Shown here: one piece after another, positions 28,255 through 37,924 of the stretch
Layout of the letters: each line of letters starts with the position of its first letter
How positions within the stretch are numbered: position 1 is the stretch's first letter
Assembly: GCA_000146465.1 (NCBI GenBank)
Contig: CP001948.1
DNA: 64,000 bases
Reading direction: 5' to 3' (one strand)
The notes under the pieces: generated by a model
The model's input: the letters and a program-made list of their open reading frames with translations, nothing else
Told to the model about the DNA's origin: nothing
The model's database searches: none
Program-made: the position numbers and the translations under genes

Positions 28255-29229
28255 ATGTTGAAGATTCAAGACTTTGACTTTGTAAAAGTCGTAGGAGAAG
28301 GAGCCTTTGGGAAGGTGTATCTGGTGAGACCTAAGAGAAATCCAATGCTTATTTTTGCAATGAAGATACTTGACTTTGGGGAAATCCTTAAGCAGAGGTT
28401 AGCTGACCAGCTCGAAAACGAAATTTCTATTTTGAAAAGACTTTATGGATGTCCATTTGTTGCAAAGCTGTATTCAACAGACTTCCATCGTGGAAAGGTG
28501 GGACTAACTCTGGAGTATGTTGGAGGAGGCGAGCTGTTTTATTGGCTCAAAAAGTGTGGGAGATTTGATGAGAAGATGACTCGATTCTATGCAGCAGAAA
28601 TCGTTTTGGCTTTGAAGTTTATACATGGAAAAGGGATTCTCTACAGAGACTTGAAGCCCGAGAACATACTGATTACGTCTACAGGACACATAAAGCTGAT
28701 TGACTTTGGATTTGCAGTCTACGAAAACGAGAGTATATATATGATTTCGGGGACTCCGGAGTACATGTCACCGGAGAAGCTGCGGAGCGAAGATGATGGA
28801 CGTGCAAGCGATTATTGGGGGCTGGGAATTATAATCTACGAAATGCTATGCGGAGACCCTCCATTCTACGATGCAAGTGCTGACACCATTTATCACAAGA
28901 TACTCGAATGCCAGATCGTTTTCCCCCATTATGTAAGTCCTGTTGCAAGAAGCCTGATATCAGGACTATTGGACAAAAGTCGAACCACCAGACTAGGAGC
29001 CAAGGGAATATTCGAAATAATGAATCATCCCTTTTTCAAGGGATTGGACTGGGGAGAAATAGAAGATAGGACTGTAACACCACCGTTCATCCCAAGCCCG
29101 AGCTCTGTCCTCGGATTTTCAGGAAGCAGCTCGGAATACAGTAGCATAGATTATGGAGAAACAGCTGTTTTTAAGCCATACAAGTATGTTAAACACTTTC
29201 GAAAGGACAAGATACCGAAGCGGATATAG
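28255..29229 (+). CDS. AGC-family serine-threonine kinase (PKA catalytic-subunit-like)
   Basis: Motifs 'GEGAFGKV', 'YRDLKPENIL', 'DFGFA', 'GTPEYMSPE' and a C-terminal AGC tail 'FKGLDW…PPFIP'. The track start at 28225 is TTG and was moved to ATG at 28255. Confidence 0.8.
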   Translation: MLKIQDFDFVKVVGEGAFGKVYLVRPKRNPMLIFAMKILDFGEILKQRLADQLENEISILKRLYGCPFVAKLYSTDFHRGKVGLTLEYVGGGELFYWLKKCGRFDEKMTRFYAAEIVLALKFIHGKGILYRDLKPENILITSTGHIKLIDFGFAVYENESIYMISGTPEYMSPEKLRSEDDGRASDYWGLGIIIYEMLCGDPPFYDASADTIYHKILECQIVFPHYVSPVARSLISGLLDKSRTTRLGAKGIFEIMNHPFFKGLDWGEIEDRTVTPPFIPSPSSVLGFSGSSSEYSSIDYGETAVFKPYKYVKHFRKDKIPKRI

Positions 29230-29431
29230 ATCCGATGCAAACCAAATAAATTCAGAGTATTTTCCTTTGAAGTAGTTAAGTACCAAATCTTGTATGGTTT
29301 TTTCTCTGTGGTGAGTTTACGGAGAATGTCCCTATGGACATCAATTGGCAAAGAGGAGATGAGGGAGCCGAATTTGGCAGGAAGAACTAATAAAATTTTG
29401 TTATAAATATTCTTTTGCTAAGAGGGGTAAG

Positions 29432-30583
29432 ATGAGAACAGAAAGCAACAGTGGATCGAAGGGAACCTTCAAGACGATGAAGCTAGGATTTCTAGGGCTG
29501 GTTGGAATGGTGGTTGTGTACTATGTGCTTCTGTTTATCTTTGGAATCAAGTACTTAGACCCGGAATACTATGGAAGTTATTTCTATGCTTGGAGAGTGA
29601 ACTTTGCAGACAAGATCATGACACATGGGAGATACAAGCTCATTAAGAAGAACGAGCACCCGGACACAGAGGACAGGAAGAAGTTCTACAAGATCTCTCA
29701 AGACGAGACAGGCCCATATCTTATTCGATTTGATCGACCGGAGCATTTCCCACGGGGACACGAGCATCAGTTCACATTGAACTTCCCTGGATATGAGGAC
29801 TTCCTAAAGATGCGGGAGAGGTTTATTGTTGAGTCTGAGGGATTGCAGTCTGAGATGGATCTGAGCCACTCTGATTTGATTGACCGGATGAAGAAGAAGA
29901 AGGAAGGAGGAGGACAGTTTCTGGCAGAGTACAAAGGCAAGTCTATTGAGGAAATGAAGAGCATTCTGTTTCCAAAGAACAATGAAGAAAAGAATCCATG
30001 GTTTGAGGTGAGTAACATACTGATCAATGCAATATCCAATATCATGTCCGACAAGGCTGAGGATAGAGAGGGATATCTGTTTGATGGGGAGAAGATTGGA
30101 GACAAGATGATGAAGGACATTCGAAGTGCTCTCGAGGAGCTCGACAGCCGTGCAGAAGACGAAGATGAAAAGCTTTCGGAGAAGATAAGCGATTCCGACA
30201 TCAACAACTTCTTCATCAACAATGGGAGAGTGTCTGCAACACCACATGAAACATTTGCTTACTCACGGATATACTACCTGTTCAACTTCTTGACAGCAGG
30301 GATTGAGTTCAAGTCTCAGAAGCTCGCAGATCTAAGGGAGGGGGAAGATGAAAACGAGTTCCGGGAAGAGCGAATGAATTATGTTGCAAATCTGTTTGCC
30401 AGGATATTTTCAAGCATATACCCTAACCAACACAGAAAAGATGTCAGTTCGATTGGGGTTCTTGAGAAGATAAGAAATTACTATAGCCCGAAGACGGTTG
30501 TTGAAGAGAAGAAGGAGGTGGATGAGGAGGATCTCAATCTCATCAAGGACAAATTCTCAACTTCGTCAAGAGTTCCTGCATGA
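29432..30583 (+). CDS. Hypothetical protein with an N-terminal signal-anchor, lineage-specific
   Basis: N-terminal hydrophobic segment '[22 protein letters not shown]' followed by a charged body. Confidence 0.3.
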   Translation: MRTESNSGSKGTFKTMKLGFLGLVGMVVVYYVLLFIFGIKYLDPEYYGSYFYAWRVNFADKIMTHGRYKLIKKNEHPDTEDRKKFYKISQDETGPYLIRFDRPEHFPRGHEHQFTLNFPGYEDFLKMRERFIVESEGLQSEMDLSHSDLIDRMKKKKEGGGQFLAEYKGKSIEEMKSILFPKNNEEKNPWFEVSNILINAISNIMSDKAEDREGYLFDGEKIGDKMMKDIRSALEELDSRAEDEDEKLSEKISDSDINNFFINNGRVSATPHETFAYSRIYYLFNFLTAGIEFKSQKLADLREGEDENEFREERMNYVANLFARIFSSIYPNQHRKDVSSIGVLEKIRNYYSPKTVVEEKKEVDEEDLNLIKDKFSTSSRVPA

Positions 30584-30619
30584 TCATAATAAAAAAGGTA
30601 TTTCCATCATACGTTTACT

Positions 30620-31378
30620 TTAATCGAAATCTTTTGTCTTGGGTTCGGCATCTTCGTAATATTGCACTGCATTATCTATGGAATAAAACAGCTCCTCAAC
30701 ACTTTCCTCCTTGTTCCAGTCCAGCGGATGGAAGTTCAGCATGCTATTCTCGGCAACAAAGCTCAACATTCTTTTACATATTCTAGAATACTTTCCCCTG
30801 CCAATTAGTGCCGAAAGTTCCTCTGTTGGCGTATAAAACATCTCAAGATCCTCACTCTTAACCAAATCCATTTTCGAAATAACATTGATACAAGGAATAT
30901 TCAACCTTGACATCGAGACAAGTGCACAAAAGCACCCGCTCACATACTTGTTGATATCCACTAAGTATTGGGACTCCATCATATAAACAACACCACATTT
31001 AAAATGCCGGCCTACATGATCGATAATCTTTGGCATTATCTCGGAGTGTGCAAACAATTCTATTTGCCCCGGGCAGTCGAAAACAAGAAAGGCGCCCTCA
31101 AAGTCCTCTAGCCTAAGCTCATCAATGTTTTCGTAGAGTTCCTCCAGTGCAAGCAGAAGCCCCCCATTTGGTCCATAGTCATACTCCTCCATAACATCCC
31201 CAACAGTGATGAAGTCCCGGAGATCCAAGGCATACCCTTCGCCAGGAGCTATCTGCGCAGGATCCAGGTTGATCACCTTGTAGGTTCTGCCTACACTCTC
31301 CCCATGCTCCTGTATATTTCTGCAGAATGTTGACTTCCCCGATCCAGCCGGTCCAAAGACAAAAATGGCATATCCCAT
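30620..31378 (-). CDS. GPN-loop GTPase 3 (GPN3)
   Basis: 'GPAGSGKSTFC', 'NLDPA', the 'GPNGG' GPN loop, 'DCPGQIELF' and 'NVISKMDL', colinear with GPN3. Confidence 0.8.
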   Translation of the reverse strand: MGYAIFVFGPAGSGKSTFCRNIQEHGESVGRTYKVINLDPAQIAPGEGYALDLRDFITVGDVMEEYDYGPNGGLLLALEELYENIDELRLEDFEGAFLVFDCPGQIELFAHSEIMPKIIDHVGRHFKCGVVYMMESQYLVDINKYVSGCFCALVSMSRLNIPCINVISKMDLVKSEDLEMFYTPTEELSALIGRGKYSRICKRMLSFVAENSMLNFHPLDWNKEESVEELFYSIDNAVQYYEDAEPKTKDFD

Positions 31379-31389
31379 TCCAGCCCTCC

Positions 31390-31881
31390 ATGAGGAAAAT
31401 TAATAAAGCCGTCCATTCCGACCCGAATATTGAAGAGCTTCTACTCTCTCTCCAGATAGAGAATGAATCCCTTGAAGAGGGTGAAGCTTTCGAAAGCTCC
31501 TCTTCACTCATGGACGAACCAGAGTGCAGGCTCGCCGGAGACATAGTCCACAGAGATCTTCGTGCAACGGATGCCGACATGAAAGCCCTGATAGAAGGAG
31601 GAAAATGCAAGATCTCGGGGAACTCACTGCCTTTTTCACTATTCGAGGTGATCAAGAAAAAAGAAAGCACCGAAACAGCTGTTGTTTCCAATCAGAAGTT
31701 CCTTATCGAAGGCGGAAGGTATGACTATGGATTTACCCCCAAAGATCTGGAGAGGTACAGAATCAAGCGAAAAAGAAGAATAAAGGAGACATGTCCTAAC
31801 TGGGAAGACATTTCAGAAGAAAAAAGAAACGAGCCGAGAAAAGTTCACGTTAGGTCTTTGAAACTCCGAAACAAAAGATGA
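31390..31881 (+). CDS. Hypothetical protein
   Basis: The track ORF begins at 31327 inside the GPN3 5' end, so the internal ATG was used. It has no recognisable domain. Confidence 0.25.
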   Translation: MRKINKAVHSDPNIEELLLSLQIENESLEEGEAFESSSSLMDEPECRLAGDIVHRDLRATDADMKALIEGGKCKISGNSLPFSLFEVIKKKESTETAVVSNQKFLIEGGRYDYGFTPKDLERYRIKRKRRIKETCPNWEDISEEKRNEPRKVHVRSLKLRNKR

Positions 31882-31926
31882 AAGCCCGAAACCACTATCT
31901 TCAATAAATCGATCTACAAGCTCAAA

Positions 31927-33681
31927 TTATATGACATTCTTTGGTTTAATAACCTTCTTCATGGAAACAATACCAAAGATAAAGGACATAAGAGTGATGA
32001 GGAAGAAGATGCCTATGGATGTGCTGTACCTGACTCTTCGGAATCCGTAGAGATGCAGGGCTTCTCTCCCATTGGGAATGCATCTTTCGGAATCCTTGCA
32101 TTCGAAGGTCAAGTTTTCAAACTGACTCTGTAGAATGGTTTCAAAAGCATAGTACACAGGAGACATCCATACAGTCCACTTAACAAACTCCGGGGCCTCC
32201 TCAGGGTTAACAAACATCCCTCCAAGCATTATGAACAATGCAGCTACTGTAGACGAAACCACCTGTGCGTGGATAAGTGTTTTGGTGTGGAGAGAAACTA
32301 TAACTCCAAATGATATAGAGAAAAGCACAAGCATCACAAAGACAAATACAAACAATATGAATTGGAGGAGGCCTGGGTTCAAACCCACCACCCAGTACAC
32401 CACAACGGTATAAAGAACGCTAGGGATTCCAGATATAAAGAAGCTAGACATCACATTGGCGAAGTAAGATTCAACTGCACCATACATCCCTGCACAGACC
32501 TCTCTTCTGAGTGCCTTCTTGTGGGAGTCGATGAATATGATTGAGGAAGCTATTGACCTTTCAAGGCCGCTTATAACCATAAACGAGAGGATTCCAAATC
32601 GGTCTCGGATGCCTTTCTGTGTGTAGTCTAGGCGGAAGTAAACAAGAACAAGAAACAGCAAGGTTACAAGCTTTTGGACACTCAGAGTCCTCATGAGCCC
32701 ACGTCTTCTGGAAAAGTCTGACAGGTTTCTTTCAAGGACCAGTAAGAAGCTTAAAAAGGACTTCTGAAGCATCACTGGGAGCTCTATCTTCTCTATTATT
32801 GATGATATGGCCAAGGGCTCTATTCTTTTCCAGGATGCTTTTAGTCTTTCTATCCTTCTAGTAGACTCTCTTTCCGACACTGGCGATGCCATATCGATAG
32901 ATAGGATCTTCATAAAGAAGTCCAGCGGGTTTTCATGTTTTTTAAGATTGTATCCACACTTCTTCAAGAAGCTCTTACATTCTCTAAGACTTCCACTGAA
33001 CACAATTTCTCCTTGGCATATCATTATGATCCTGTCAAAGAACGAAAGAATTTCCTTGGGAACCCTTTGGAACGAAACCATAATTCCCTTTCCTTTACTC
33101 TTCAGATCCATAAGAATGTTTAGGATGTGAATGATATTCAGCAGATCAAGATCGTTAGTGACTTCGTCTATAATCAGCACCGAGGGTCTCTTTGCAAGAA
33201 TTATTCCCAGGGAAAGCCTTACTCTTTCTCCAGTTGATATTGAGCTGACTGGAATGTGTGCAACTTTATACAGTCCTAGACTATGGATCAGGTTGGGCAC
33301 CTCTTCTGCCACAATTATTCTCTGATCTCGGTTCCTTGACGCCATCACTGCAAATCTCAAGGTTTCCTCAACCGTCTGTGTTTCATACGAATGGAGATGC
33401 TCTCCCACAAATCCTACGGCATGCTCCCACACTCTTGCATCGGCAAAGTGACCATTTAGGAGGACCTCTCCCGATATCCTTAGTCCTTCCATTGGTTTTC
33501 CTATTATCGCATTTACCATCGTTGTTTTACCTGAACCGCTTGCTCCCACAAGTACAGTCATTTCCGAAGGCCCTATCTTTCCCTGAACCCGATGGATTAC
33601 TGTTTCCTTGAAAGGCCCCTTAATTGATTCCACGTTTATGCTCCTCCAAACGATCTCTACCTTTCCATTCGTTGGATCCAT
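31927..33681 (-). CDS. ABC transporter, ABCG (White-type) half-transporter with NBD then TMD
   Basis: Walker A 'GASGSGKTT', ABC signature variant 'ISTGERVRLSLG', Walker B 'LIIDEVTNDLD', then about 6 transmembrane helices. Confidence 0.75.
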   Translation of the reverse strand: MDPTNGKVEIVWRSINVESIKGPFKETVIHRVQGKIGPSEMTVLVGASGSGKTTMVNAIIGKPMEGLRISGEVLLNGHFADARVWEHAVGFVGEHLHSYETQTVEETLRFAVMASRNRDQRIIVAEEVPNLIHSLGLYKVAHIPVSSISTGERVRLSLGIILAKRPSVLIIDEVTNDLDLLNIIHILNILMDLKSKGKGIMVSFQRVPKEILSFFDRIIMICQGEIVFSGSLRECKSFLKKCGYNLKKHENPLDFFMKILSIDMASPVSERESTRRIERLKASWKRIEPLAISSIIEKIELPVMLQKSFLSFLLVLERNLSDFSRRRGLMRTLSVQKLVTLLFLVLVYFRLDYTQKGIRDRFGILSFMVISGLERSIASSIIFIDSHKKALRREVCAGMYGAVESYFANVMSSFFISGIPSVLYTVVVYWVVGLNPGLLQFILFVFVFVMLVLFSISFGVIVSLHTKTLIHAQVVSSTVAALFIMLGGMFVNPEEAPEFVKWTVWMSPVYYAFETILQSQFENLTFECKDSERCIPNGREALHLYGFRRVRYSTSIGIFFLITLMSFIFGIVSMKKVIKPKNVI

Positions 33682-33818
33682 GGGTGGAAGGGAGTAGCTG
33701 TTAAAATAGTCCTCCTACCATTCAAGTCCCAGAACAAAAAGAAAGAGACCTCCATGAGGATCAATGCCAGACACCTCTGATTCCTTGTCTTAATATCCAA
33801 AGATTTGTTTATCCTAAA

Positions 33819-35351
33819 ATGAAGAGGTCGATTAAGGTTTGCCATTCCAAAACATATGGATTTCCATCAGGTGAGAACATATGCCATCAGGAACTTGCGG
33901 AGAGCTTCCAGATTCTTTCGGCAGTAAATCTTTTGGTGTTGCCTGAGTCGTTTGTAAGAATCGAGTTTTTTTCCACTCGTAGAAGCGTTTTCACTAATGA
34001 TTCCTTTAATGCAACAGACATCTACTCTGTATACAGGAACGGCGAGCTTTTTTTCAATTCCTCCCCGCTTCCATGGGAGTCGGATGCACAGATACCCTGG
34101 GCAGAATATAGAAAAAGGCTAGTCGACTATATTTCAAAGAGGCTAGCTCACGGGATAGAGAACATGGAGGGACTTAACGATCGTTATATATTCTATACAA
34201 AATATCGCCTTGCAAATTCCATCAATCCAAGACAGTGCCGAAAAGACCTCCAGAAGCTCTCCAAAGAGTTTAAGCTATTGGAGAGGATAGAGGTTTTACG
34301 GCTGTCTACACAAAAAGAAATCTCAGGTCCCCTTGCTGATGAAGTATATAACATATTTTTATCCTATAAATCAGATCCAGAGCTAGAAATCAGGTTTATT
34401 TTGGAAGTGATAGACATACTGCCGCTGTCTGTCATTGTAAGAATGGCTAGAAGTATTAGCAAGGCAAGAAGATACCAGGCTGTATTACTGTATTACGAGG
34501 TATACTTGAGATCTCTACAGAAGGAAAGATACAGAACAGCATTTCTGTTTGCCATCAGTGCATCAAGACTTCTTAAGCAGGGGGTGAACTTAAACTTTGA
34601 GGGGACGATCAAGTCAGATTCAATCCGCTGTATTAAGGAAAAAAACTGGCAGATGGTGTTGAAGAATGTGATTAAGGGAATAGAGGAGTTAGATTCACTC
34701 AGATACGGGGTAAATCCATATATATTACACGACATTGATAGATGTGAGTTTACTGTCGATTCTGTGGAACTTGACTGGTCCAACATTACCAAGTGCTCCG
34801 ACACAGTGCTCTTCAATGGAGAAAGCACAAGAACATACTTCACGGATCGGTTCAGAATCAGAATCTTATTTTCTAGAATATCTTGTGCCAATCTCCATGG
34901 GATTTCGGGAAGTATTGCGGGAGGACCGGATATATTTATACCAATATACCAGGTCTTAAATGAAAGTCCTGCAGTTGTCCAAGTATTCTTTGATCTAGCC
35001 AAAGTACTTCCTTCTGCGGAAGATAGAGCCAGTGAGCTTGAACTAAACCTTAAAAGATTAGTTTTCTCCGAAAACATAGTTGTACCTATCGACCTTGAGA
35101 TTACCTGGGTGAGAAGAAAGAGCACAGTCCACGTCAAGGATGCCAGTACTATCGATGACGAAGGGAAAATCATCGTTCTCCTTGTATTATCAAATCAGGA
35201 GGGATTTGAATCCAGAATTCTTGGGCCAGATGTTATAGAGAGAAATGGATGTGAGACAACTGTTTCTCTGCATGTGTCCAAGGGATTCAAAGTATGTTTA
35301 CGCCATGAGATCTCGGAAAGCATATTTGAGACATTCGAACTCACATACTAA
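33819..35351 (+). CDS. Hypothetical 510-aa protein
   Basis: A long clean ORF with no motif I can assign. Confidence 0.3.
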   Translation: MKRSIKVCHSKTYGFPSGENICHQELAESFQILSAVNLLVLPESFVRIEFFSTRRSVFTNDSFNATDIYSVYRNGELFFNSSPLPWESDAQIPWAEYRKRLVDYISKRLAHGIENMEGLNDRYIFYTKYRLANSINPRQCRKDLQKLSKEFKLLERIEVLRLSTQKEISGPLADEVYNIFLSYKSDPELEIRFILEVIDILPLSVIVRMARSISKARRYQAVLLYYEVYLRSLQKERYRTAFLFAISASRLLKQGVNLNFEGTIKSDSIRCIKEKNWQMVLKNVIKGIEELDSLRYGVNPYILHDIDRCEFTVDSVELDWSNITKCSDTVLFNGESTRTYFTDRFRIRILFSRISCANLHGISGSIAGGPDIFIPIYQVLNESPAVVQVFFDLAKVLPSAEDRASELELNLKRLVFSENIVVPIDLEITWVRRKSTVHVKDASTIDDEGKIIVLLVLSNQEGFESRILGPDVIERNGCETTVSLHVSKGFKVCLRHEISESIFETFELTY

Positions 35352-35387
35352 CTTCAGGATTAACAAAACGATCCACTAAATAACATA

Positions 35388-36251
35388 TTACTTGCCTCCA
35401 TTGGCCCCGGAATCCCATGTGTATTGACCCTCTCCTAACTTCTTTTCCGCAATCTTGATATCTTCAACAAACTCCACTTGCTCTGATTTGGTAAAAGAGC
35501 ATCTTGCCTCGGGCGGATATTCCACCTCCTCTTTTGGAAACACAAAACTTTCCACAATGTCCTCAACGGTATTCTCCGAGACATCCATGTCTTCGTCTTC
35601 TATTGCTTCTTCACTAGAAGCTTTTTCTGTATAATCCTCCTCCCCAAAGAAGACCCTGTTCCGAGGCTTCCGGATAAACCTTTTCTTGAGCTTTCTCAGT
35701 ATGTTTCTGTTTATCTCTAACATGTCGTGGTTGTGCTTCTTGGAAGGTTCTTCATAGTCTTCATCGGACGAGGCAATAAACGACAGGGCATCGGAATCAC
35801 CTCCATCCTCTTCATAGGAGGATTCTCCATCCTCAGATGTTTTTGCTTCCAAGTCTATGAATCTTTTAAATCCTTTGGACTTCCCAGACTTGGACTTTGC
35901 TTCTGAACTTGAACCCAAACTCGATGAAGAAGAATGATGCAACGGTTGGGCCTCGGTTTCATCTTGGTCTTCCATTTGTTTACTGGAAGAAAAACACTCA
36001 TCATCGCTTGACATACAACAGACTCCATCCATAGAGGTATCATGACGGCTCTTAAGAAAAATTAAGTCAAAATCATCATCTTTCCTTCCAAGTATCTTAT
36101 TGGTTATTCTCTTCTGGACCTCTCTAACCGCAAGTTCCCTTAAGATCTGCTTGCGATGTTCCCCATAAAGTCCCATCGCATGAGATATTGTATAGACACA
36201 TGCCTTTCTGCTTGTCAAGGAGTTTCTTGGGAATTCTTCGGCTTCCTTCAT
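35388..36251 (-). CDS. Hypothetical acidic, serine-rich protein
   Basis: The ORF has acidic tracts and no motif I can assign. Confidence 0.3.
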   Translation of the reverse strand: MKEAEEFPRNSLTSRKACVYTISHAMGLYGEHRKQILRELAVREVQKRITNKILGRKDDDFDLIFLKSRHDTSMDGVCCMSSDDECFSSSKQMEDQDETEAQPLHHSSSSSLGSSSEAKSKSGKSKGFKRFIDLEAKTSEDGESSYEEDGGDSDALSFIASSDEDYEEPSKKHNHDMLEINRNILRKLKKRFIRKPRNRVFFGEEDYTEKASSEEAIEDEDMDVSENTVEDIVESFVFPKEEVEYPPEARCSFTKSEQVEFVEDIKIAEKKLGEGQYTWDSGANGGK

Positions 36252-36296
36252 GTCTGGAAATAGGTTAGCGATAAAAACAAATAAAAGGGCTCCCTT

Positions 36297-37466
36297 ATGA
36301 TTGAAGAGCTGAAAGGGATAGTGAGAAACAAGGAGACAGTGCTTGAGGAAAAAGAAGCTGCAGTCCTTGAGATTTTTAGGATCCTGATTTCCAAGGGTGA
36401 CTACCAGGAGATCGGGGCCACTATCATTTCATTGAGAGAGACTTGGGAAGATATAACAACACCCAGAATCACAAAGATCATAAGAAACCTTTTTGAAATG
36501 ATCCCATACTCGTCTGACAACTTTGGAAATGTTCTTGAGCTTCTTACTGTTCTTGTGGAATGGGCAGACAAGGAAAATAAGAAGATGCTCCGCCTCGACT
36601 TAGAGTGCAAAAAGATATATGCTTTGCTGAAGACAGGAAGATATTCGGAGGCATTGGCACAGATAGGACCTGTAGCCCATGAGCTCAAGAAGTACGATGA
36701 CAAGATCAATCTCATAACCTTATATGTGTATGAAAGCAAGGCATTCTATGAGATAAAGAACATCTCGAAGTCAAAGTCGTCTCTGACATCTGCAAGGGTT
36801 CTTGCAGTTTCTGCGTACTGCCCGCCCCAGCTTCAGGCACAGATCGATCTTCTAAGTGGAATTTATATATGTGACGAAAGAAACTATGGAGTTGCGTCTT
36901 CTTACTTCATAGAAGCTCTCGAGGGCTTCACACTTGGAAAGATGGATCCTGAAGCCTGCATATCGCTGAGATATCTTATTTTGTCAAAGATCATGGCAAA
37001 TAAGAGAGAGGAAATCAATACGGTGATGAAGAATAAAAGCACTCTCAAACATCTTGGAGACGAGATAATCAGGGTCCTCCTCAAAGTCAGCAACAGTTTC
37101 GCAAACAGAGATCTGAAGTCATACACCAATGTTCTTCAGGAGTATTCCGAGCAGATACACAGCGATTCATTTATCTGCAGCCATCTACAATACTTGTATG
37201 ATCTTCTCCTTGATAAGAACATCATTAAGATAATTGAGCCTTACTCTGTTATCCGAATCAGCTTCATAGCCGATGTATTGGGCTTTGGAGTAGACGTCAT
37301 TGAAAAGAAGCTTAGAAAGATGATCTTGGACAGAGCTGTCAACGGCACCCTCGATCACATAGACGAATGCCTAATTCTGCAAGGAGAGAAAGCCGATGAA
37401 AGCTTTGCAGACGAATGCATGAAACAAGTCAAGGCATTGAATTGTATTGTCTCCCCTCGCTATTAA
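36297..37466 (+). CDS. 26S proteasome lid subunit Rpn6 (PSMD11-like), PCI domain
   Basis: The C-terminal PCI/winged-helix region '…IIKIIEPYSVIRISFIADVLGFGVDVIEKKLRKMILDRAVNGTLDHIDECLIL' is colinear with Rpn6. Confidence 0.6.
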   Translation: MIEELKGIVRNKETVLEEKEAAVLEIFRILISKGDYQEIGATIISLRETWEDITTPRITKIIRNLFEMIPYSSDNFGNVLELLTVLVEWADKENKKMLRLDLECKKIYALLKTGRYSEALAQIGPVAHELKKYDDKINLITLYVYESKAFYEIKNISKSKSSLTSARVLAVSAYCPPQLQAQIDLLSGIYICDERNYGVASSYFIEALEGFTLGKMDPEACISLRYLILSKIMANKREEINTVMKNKSTLKHLGDEIIRVLLKVSNSFANRDLKSYTNVLQEYSEQIHSDSFICSHLQYLYDLLLDKNIIKIIEPYSVIRISFIADVLGFGVDVIEKKLRKMILDRAVNGTLDHIDECLILQGEKADESFADECMKQVKALNCIVSPRY

Positions 37467-37504
37467 AGCCTTTCGCAGCCTATTTTGGTTCTTTCTTTAC
37501 CCAT

Positions 37505-37891
37505 ATGGACATGGCAAATGCTCCAGACAAGACCTCCGGGAAGGTCGGCCTACTTTTCAAGACCATGGGGAAAATGATTCCTGTCAATGCAGTGTATGGA
37601 GACACAGTATTAGAGACTGCACACAAGAATGGCGTGGATCTTGAAGGAGCCTGCGAGGGAAACTTGGCATGCTCAACATGCCACGTGATCCTAGAGGAGC
37701 CTCTATACAGAAGACTTGGAGAGCCTTCCGACAAGGAATACGACTTAATCGACCAAGCGTTTGGCATCACAAGTACCTCAAGACTGGGATGCCAATTGAA
37801 AATTGATAAGAGCTTTGAGAAGACAGTCCTTACAATTCCTAGAGCAACGAAGAACATGGCTGTGGATGGATTCAAGCCCAAGCCCCACTAG
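37505..37891 (+). CDS. Adrenodoxin-type [2Fe-2S] ferredoxin (Yah1-like, ISC pathway)
   Basis: 'GACEGNLACSTCHVI…' and '…SRLGCQ' cysteine ligands. The track ORF starts inside Rpn6, so the start was moved to ATG 'MDMANAP'. Confidence 0.75.
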   Translation: MDMANAPDKTSGKVGLLFKTMGKMIPVNAVYGDTVLETAHKNGVDLEGACEGNLACSTCHVILEEPLYRRLGEPSDKEYDLIDQAFGITSTSRLGCQLKIDKSFEKTVLTIPRATKNMAVDGFKPKPH

Positions 37892-37924
37892 CTGGGAAGA
37901 AGAATATCCAAGAGTCAAAAAACT

